This document shows positions 48,442-55,200 of a DNA stretch of 57,330 nucleotides, one piece after another. Source of the DNA: an uncultured Gammaproteobacteria bacterium (lineage in GTDB: Bacteria > Patescibacteriota > Microgenomatia > Levybacterales > UBA12049); the NCBI GenBank assembly GCA_964416505.1, contig CAYQEJ010000004.1:1-57330 (forward strand), in the 5' to 3' direction. The position numbers were made by a program, and so were the translations under genes. The notes beneath the pieces are model-generated. The model did no database searches, was not told the DNA's origin, and was given only the letters and a program-made list of their open reading frames with translations. The first letter of the stretch is position 1, and every line of letters starts with the position of its first letter.

Positions 48442-50271
48442 TTATATTAACAGTTCTTTCACTTTCTTAACAATTGCCACAGAATCAATTTGCTCATATG
48501 CGAGAAGCTCTTCAGGTTTTCCACTTCTTGGCTTTTTCGTAACAGATAAACTGTGAATTATTGCAGTATGCATACTTAAAGCAGAACGCACAGCTTCGGA
48601 AATTCCACCTTCAGGCCTATGATCTTCAATGACCAAAATTAACTTGCATTCGTCTGCAGCTTGCTCTAGTGTCGCAGAATCTATTGGCTTAATTGAATAC
48701 AAATCAATTACTCTCACATCAATTCCATCATTTTTTAATTCTTGATAAGCTTTCAAAGATTCATGAAGCGTTATACCAGCTCCAACAAGCGCAATTCTAT
48801 CCTTTTTAGAAGATTTTAAAACTTTACTTCCTCCAATCTCAAAATTTTCTCTTTCATGATAAATTACAGGAGTTTCCATGCGCGTTGTTCTAAGATAAAC
48901 AATTCCTTTATATTTCGCAGCTTCTTCAGTAAGTTTTTGAGCCGAGATTGCATCCGAAGGATATAAGACCACACTCTCTACTAATGAACGAAACATAGAA
49001 ATATCTTCAATTCCCATTTGCGATGCACCATCTTCGCCAATAGATACACCTGAATGCGATCCAACAAATTTTATATTTGCCCCAGCATATGCTGCCATTC
49101 TTATCTGGTCATGTGCCCTTGTCCAAAAAGCTGCAAATGTGGATATGAAAGGTATCTTTTCTCTTCTCGACAAACCAACAGCAACGGATACCATATTTTG
49201 TTCTGCGATGAACATTTCGAAATATTTTTCTGGATATTTTTTACCAAAAATTTCTGAATAAGTTGAATTTGAAGTTTCACCATCCATAACGACTAGGGAA
49301 GTGTGTAAGGGAAGAAGGTTGGGAAGAGTATCACCATAAGCCTTACGAGTTGCAATTAAATCTCCTGATTTATATTGTGCGACGTGATAAGTGTGTCGCG
49401 AAGAATTGCTATTTTCATCAATTATCATTCCTGGTCTTGCAATCCTTCCTCGAATTGATCTATCAATTTCACCAAGTGATTTCGTATTCTCCCCTAGTTC
49501 TTCGTAGGGGAGCGCTTTTCCGTGAAATCCCTCTTTATCTTCGACTTTAGGAATACCTTTTCCCTTTATCGTCTTCGCAATTATCATCACGGGTTTATCA
49601 TGGCTGGAAACAGCAAGAGAAAACGCTTGTGAAATTTCCTCCAAATTATGCCCATCCACAATATGACTATCCCAACCGAATGCTTCAAGTTTTTTCTGAT
49701 AATCTTTTACATTCCACCCATTCATCGTTTCACCGCTTTGCCCAAGCCTATTCACATCTATAATTCCAATTAGATTATTTAACTTGTAGTGACTTGCTAT
49801 TTCTATCGCTTCCCAAATTTGCCCTTCAGCGGTTTCACTATCACCCATCAAAACAAAGGTTTTATAATTTCTCCTATCCATTTTCGCAGCTAGCGCCATA
49901 CCTACGCCGACAGACAAACCCTGACCAAGCGAGCCCGTTGGAGCTTCCGTATATTTAAATTCCATTGTAGGATGCCCCTCTAAAGAACTCCCAAATTTTC
50001 TGTAATTTAAAAGTTCATTTTCCGATATTGCTCCCGCAGCAACCCAAAGTGAATAAAAAAGACTTGAAGCATGTCCTTTGGAAAAAATTATTCTGTCATT
50101 TTCTGGAAAATCTGGATTTTTCATATCGAATCTGAAAAATCCTCCAAAAAAAAGCACAGTCATAAGATCAGTTGCAGAAAGAGAGGAAGTAAGATGCCCT
50201 GAACCTGCTGAGGAAGTGGAAAGAAGACAGTAATATCTAATTAGCTTTGCTAACTTTTCCAGATTTTCCAT
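48442..50271 (-). CDS. tkt: Transketolase (single chain, 609 aa)
   Basis: SGHLTSS, SKGHA, EGHP, GSLGQG, GDSE...GQIWEA (TPP motif), EMFIAEQNM, GEDGASQ. Confidence 0.95.
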   Translation of the reverse strand: MENLEKLAKLIRYYCLLSTSSAGSGHLTSSLSATDLMTVLFFGGFFRFDMKNPDFPENDRIIFSKGHASSLFYSLWVAAGAISENELLNYRKFGSSLEGHPTMEFKYTEAPTGSLGQGLSVGVGMALAAKMDRRNYKTFVLMGDSETAEGQIWEAIEIASHYKLNNLIGIIDVNRLGQSGETMNGWNVKDYQKKLEAFGWDSHIVDGHNLEEISQAFSLAVSSHDKPVMIIAKTIKGKGIPKVEDKEGFHGKALPYEELGENTKSLGEIDRSIRGRIARPGMIIDENSNSSRHTYHVAQYKSGDLIATRKAYGDTLPNLLPLHTSLVVMDGETSNSTYSEIFGKKYPEKYFEMFIAEQNMVSVAVGLSRREKIPFISTFAAFWTRAHDQIRMAAYAGANIKFVGSHSGVSIGEDGASQMGIEDISMFRSLVESVVLYPSDAISAQKLTEEAAKYKGIVYLRTTRMETPVIYHERENFEIGGSKVLKSSKKDRIALVGAGITLHESLKAYQELKNDGIDVRVIDLYSIKPIDSATLEQAADECKLILVIEDHRPEGGISEAVRSALSMHTAIIHSLSVTKKPRSGKPEELLAYEQIDSVAIVKKVKELLI

Positions 50272-50362
50272 ATATTTATCTTATCAAATAAAATCCACTA
50301 ATATAATTTCTTGATTTTAAGGAATTTGGATCAAATCAATTTTATGTAGCCTTATAGTCTTC

Positions 50363-50393
50363 TAGCCTCGCAAGGCCAGGCCTTGCGAGGCTA
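50363..50393. repeat. REP-like perfect palindrome copy 2 (TAGCCTCGCAAGGCC-A-GGCCTTGCGAGGCTA)
   Basis: 15-bp perfect inverted arms around one base, GC-rich, in the AT-rich spacer between divergent tkt and uppP. Confidence 0.88.
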
Positions 50394-50453
50394 ATGTTAT
50401 AGGACATTGATTTAGTTGATCTTATAGCTAAAAATATTGATATAATTTTCCCC

Positions 50454-51230
50454 ATGAACTTATTACAAACATTAATATTATCTCTTATTGAAGGCATTAC
50501 GGAGTTTCTACCTATCTCTTCTACAGGGCATTTAATTCTTTCAACTCACGCACTTCAGATTCCTCAAACAGAATTCGTCAAAAGCTTTGAAATAATTATT
50601 CAACTTGGAGCAATCTTAGCAATATTTGTGCTCTATTTTAAAAAACTATTAAATACAAAGCTCTGGCCTACTCTTTTAGCCGCATTTATTCCAAGCGCAG
50701 CAGTAGGATTTGTATTCTATAAATTAATTAAAGAATCTTTAATTGGAAATAGTCTTATTACCGTAATTGCACTTTTCTTGGGAGGAGTGGCTTTCATTCT
50801 TATCGAAAACTGGCATAAAAATTTGAAAAATGAAAAACAAATCGAAAGTCTAGAAAAAATTTCACTAAAAAATGCTTTTGTAATTGGTCTTTTTCAATCC
50901 ATCTCCATAGTTCCCGGAGTATCTCGCGCAGGAGCTACGATTCTAGGGGCGATGATTCTTAAGACCAACAGAAAGGTTGCGGCAGAATTCTCATTTCTCC
51001 TTGCAGTCCCCACCATGTTTGCAGCTACCGGTTTAGACATAATGGAAACAAAATTAGATTTTTCATCATACGAACTTTTCTTGCTAACAATTGGGTTTAT
51101 AGCCTCTTTTATTTTCGCAATCTTATCCGTAAAGCTACTTATTAAATATTTGACAAATCATTCATTCACTTTTTTTGGAGTTTATAGAATAATTCTTGCT
51201 ATTATCTTCTGGCTTGTTTATTTAAGATGA
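50454..51230 (+). CDS. uppP: Undecaprenyl-diphosphate phosphatase (BacA)
   Basis: IEGITEFLPISSTGH, QLGA.LA, PGVSRAG, EFSFLLAVP. Confidence 0.96.
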   Translation: MNLLQTLILSLIEGITEFLPISSTGHLILSTHALQIPQTEFVKSFEIIIQLGAILAIFVLYFKKLLNTKLWPTLLAAFIPSAAVGFVFYKLIKESLIGNSLITVIALFLGGVAFILIENWHKNLKNEKQIESLEKISLKNAFVIGLFQSISIVPGVSRAGATILGAMILKTNRKVAAEFSFLLAVPTMFAATGLDIMETKLDFSSYELFLLTIGFIASFIFAILSVKLLIKYLTNHSFTFFGVYRIILAIIFWLVYLR

Positions 51231-51529
51231 ATACATTTGAGAAAGTTTATGAATTGGTTAAAAAAATCCCTTCTGGAAAGGTAACAACATACGGCGAGAT
51301 TGCTAAATCTATCGGCATAAAAAATCCACGCGTAGTTGGCTTTGCATTACACGTTAATCGCGATCCAGACAATATCCCCTGTCATAGAGTAGTGAATAAA
51401 GAGGGTGAACTTGCAAAAGGATACGCATTTGGAGGACTGGGAATTCAAAAAAAATTACTCATACAGGAAGGTGTAAAATTTGAAGGTGATAAAGTGGATT
51501 TTAGAGCTTCTTTCTTTTCCCTTACTTAG
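51227..51529 (+). CDS. MGMT-family alkylguanine DNA repair protein (C-terminal domain only)
   Basis: IPSGKVTTYGEIA, PR.VG.AL, PCHRVV (active Cys retained), QK.LL..EGV. Confidence 0.9.
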   Translation: MNTFEKVYELVKKIPSGKVTTYGEIAKSIGIKNPRVVGFALHVNRDPDNIPCHRVVNKEGELAKGYAFGGLGIQKKLLIQEGVKFEGDKVDFRASFFSLT

Positions 51530-51689
51530 CAAACTGAAATTTAGGAAAAGAAATCTTTTTTTCCTTAAAAGAAAAACCTACCCCTTTAAGAAGGTTAAAA
51601 CTGAGAGCAACCACTAAAAGTACTAGAGCTGCAAAAATACAGAGTACAAACCAACCAATCGCCGTTGAAAAGTCCAAAAAACTCTTCAT
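51522..51689 (-). CDS. Putative 55-aa single-TM protein (not in ORF track)
   Basis: MKSFLDFSTAIGWFVLCIFAALVLLVVALSFNLLKGVGFSFKEKKISFPKFQFAK; TATAAT 9 nt upstream of the ATG. Confidence 0.5.
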   Translation of the reverse strand: MKSFLDFSTAIGWFVLCIFAALVLLVVALSFNLLKGVGFSFKEKKISFPKFQFAK

Positions 51690-51862
51690 AAGCTACGAAT
51701 TATAGCTTAGATTAGCTTCAAAGTCAATGCTATAGGACTCTTTTTGACTTCTTGCAAAACTACTACATAAAATTCGTATAAAGCACTAAAAAAAGGTATA
51801 ATATTTGAAGAGTGAGAATAACGTTAAATAGCTTTGATAGCTTATGTTTTTTTGTTATTGAA

Positions 51863-51872
51863 AAGGAGGTGA
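51863..51872 (+). promoter_or_regulatory. Strong Shine-Dalgarno AAGGAGGTGA
   Basis: Full anti-SD complement immediately upstream of ATG 51876. Confidence 0.85.
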
Positions 51873-51875
51873 ATT

Positions 51876-52223
51876 ATGGATAATTCCCAAATCCCCCAAG
51901 AAATAAAAAATTTCCTTGAAAGCATACTAAATGATGCAAATATGAGCGCAGAAGGTACACTTCGTGAAGAAATGATTAAAGAGCTTTACGCACGTCTCGA
52001 TGAATATCTCACAAATGTAATCGTAGATAAAATGCCAGCAGAGCATTTAGAAGCATTTATAAAGATAAACGAAGAAGGAAAATCTAAAGAAGAAATTGAT
52101 ACATTCTTAAGAAGTAATTTACCAAATGCTCAAGAGGTTTTTACTAATGCTTTTGCTGATTTTAGAGATCTTTACTTAAATAACGTTTACGTTTCGAGAA
52201 ATGTACAAACGAAAGGAGAATAA
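51876..52223 (+). CDS. DUF5663-like acidic helical protein
   Basis: Acidic helical pattern EMIKELYARLDEYL...IVDKM...LEAF......EEIDTFL...LPN..EVF..A..DFRDLYL. Confidence 0.75.
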   Translation: MDNSQIPQEIKNFLESILNDANMSAEGTLREEMIKELYARLDEYLTNVIVDKMPAEHLEAFIKINEEGKSKEEIDTFLRSNLPNAQEVFTNAFADFRDLYLNNVYVSRNVQTKGE

Positions 52224-52225
52224 CT

Positions 52226-55200
52226 ATGACAGCCGAGACAGCTAATCCGACAACCGCTATTCCAGGCGGAGCTACAGAAAGTGCAACGCAAGTTGTAAGG
52301 ACTGAAACAAGAAGAAGACAGGAAAGAATTTACACTGCTGAAGAAGTAACACAAGCGGTAAGGGAGGGTTTTGAATTTTATAGGTCTGCAAGACTAGGAA
52401 GCAAAGAGCAGGAATTTTTGAGAGATTACGAATTGGAAACTTTTGAGCAAACTTTAGCTCAAGACCAAGAGACAAGAACGGAATCTGCAGTAGATGCTGC
52501 AGGCAATACTTATTTGATTAATGGACGAGCTCGAGTTAGTGGACTCATGACTGTACTTGCAGCATCAATCAAAGATCCAGAAAAATATTCTATAACTGCG
52601 GATGAAAGAACAAGATTCCAAGAAATTTATGACACATTATCCGATAACAGCTCTCCTTATTTAGATGGCAAAGCTATAAAAGCCGAAAAAAGAGGAAAAG
52701 GAACAGGCCGAAAAAGTAAAAAAAGCACTGATATTCGCGCATCTCTAATTGGGGATATGCTTCAGAAAATTGACGCAGACCCTAGATTTAAAGGAAAAAG
52801 CAAAAAAGCAAGATTAGAAAAAGCTACAGAAATTATTCAGGATCAAAGAGAAATTTACCTGCCTAAACCAAGAAAGACAAGTCAAACATCAACTGAACTC
52901 CCTGCTGAACCTACCACACCAAGCGCACCTAGTGAAATACCAGCTTGGGTTACTCGAAATGGAACTGGAGATATTCCTAGCCCTGTAAACACAAGCGGAA
53001 ATGCCCCCTGGCTAACTCAAACAACTCCGTTAACTTTTGAAGGTTTAGCAAACGGAAATGGATCAAGCGGATGGGAACCTAAAGCAAAACAAGATGAGGC
53101 ACCTTGGGGAAAACCTGATCTACCAAAAGGTGTTGAAGTAAGAACATCACAATTGCCGGAAGAAATTATTAGAGATGCACAGGCTAGAAAAGATGCAGCA
53201 GGCACTCCTCCACCCCCCGCTACGCCACCGGCAGCTGAAGGAGGAGCATCTGAACCAGAAGACAGAACAAGCCTTATGGACGAGGCTTTAATAAATTTTG
53301 AAAACAGATATGCAGATTTTGAGTATAGGAGTGATCCTGAAGTACAAAGAGAAATGCATGAAGCTTACGGAGAATCAATTCAAAGACTTATGGAACTCGC
53401 AGGTGACAGAAGCGCGGTAAGCGAATTCATTCAGGCAAGAGTTAGCAGGAGTATGCTTCAGTCCCAAAAAGATTTTGATGTTCCTGAAGAAAAACTAAAG
53501 GAAGCAAGAGATAGAGAAGAAGCTGCTAGAGACAAACTTTATGAATTAGTAAAAAACAAACCAGCTTCGCAAGACTTACAGTCTAAAGGCCTGGCCTTGA
53601 AGCCTGCGGCTGAAGCGGGAGGAACACCGACTTCAGGTCAAGAAGTTTCAGGATCTAGTATTTCTCCTATGGAAAGAGCTCTTATAGATTTAGAAGCTGA
53701 TGGGGATTCAACAGGAAGAATTGCAAGAACAATTAGAGAAAGAGGCGTTGACAACGCTTTAACAGATTCAATCCCAGTAGGAGAACGTATAAGAATAATA
53801 CAAGAAATAGCTGATCAAATCGGAGATATGCCAAAAATGCCAAATCCAACTGATTTTGATCATATAGCAGATGATAGCGAGTCTAATCAGGCTTATACTA
53901 CTGCTTTGGAACTAGCCAAAAAGCAAATTAGAGCCTGGGAAGATGAAGCGCAGTCTCAATACCTTGCGCACACAATGCCATCTGAAGGGGAAAACGGATT
54001 AGAGGCAATTGTTACCAAACTTTTTAAGGATTCCGATGCTATAAATGCTCCTATTTGGCGAAGAGCACTGGACATTCAAAAAACTATTAGACCTGGTGGA
54101 GCTCCTTCCGGAAGACAGATCCCTAATCCTCAAAGAACCGTAGAGGCTCCCGGACCTCAGCTTTCAGAAAAAGAACAGGCGGCAATCAAATTTATTGATT
54201 CTGCAACTCAGTCATATAAAACAGAAATCAATCTTTCAGAACTTAACAAAACCAGAATTAGACCTACTGAAGTAGTCCAACACGAAGCACAAGCTATAGA
54301 AAAACAAAAAGATTCGATTCTTTTATTAATCGGTGGTAACCAAGAAGCCTTTAATAGATATGACGCTATTGCCCGAAAAAGGCAAAAATTTGATCAAAAA
54401 ATAGAAGAAAAATATGGAATTGATCGCACTAATTTAACTTTTCAAGAAAAAGCAGAAGATCGGGCGATCTCAGATGAGCTTGCATCTTCACTAGATGAAC
54501 TTCGAAGACTTGCCATCGAAAAGGCAAATTCCACTTCCCTTGAAATCCCTCTTCCTATAGCGCCCCCGCCTGGAACCGAAGATAGTGCTTGGGCAGAGGT
54601 TTTGACAGGTGCCTTACCTGCTGAATTACCAGATTCCACTTCTCAAGATGCATGGATTCGAGCATTATCTCAAGCTCTTCCTGAAGGCCCGAGTGGATCA
54701 TTGCGACCTGAATCCATATTCTCAGATGAGAGATCTGAGACTGCCGCAAGAGAAATTTCTGAAAAATTAGATGTTCTTGAAATGACAATTGGGATGACAA
54801 GTATTTTTAGTACCACTGAAGGAGACAGAACCTCGCACCAAATTGAAAGTCTTGAGAAAATACGTCAAGAACTGGGTGAAGCTACAGGCTCTCAAGAATC
54901 AGTAGAGACGTATATAAAACTTATTGAAAGGATTAATGCTTTAAGTTCAGCAGATGTTTTAAACGAAGGTTTCCGTGCAGAATTAGATGATCTTAAGAGT
55001 GAAAAAGAACGAGTAAAAGCTGAGCTAATAAGATTAGCTCTAGAAAAAAATGGCCTAAGTGTCCCTCCAGAACCAGAAGCACCAGAAGCGGAAAACCCAC
55101 TTAGGCAAAGATTTGAAGCCGCAAAAAAATTAGTTGAACTAGATATTGATTCTGAAACTGATAAATATACGGAAGATATAGGAGATCTTACTAATCCTGA

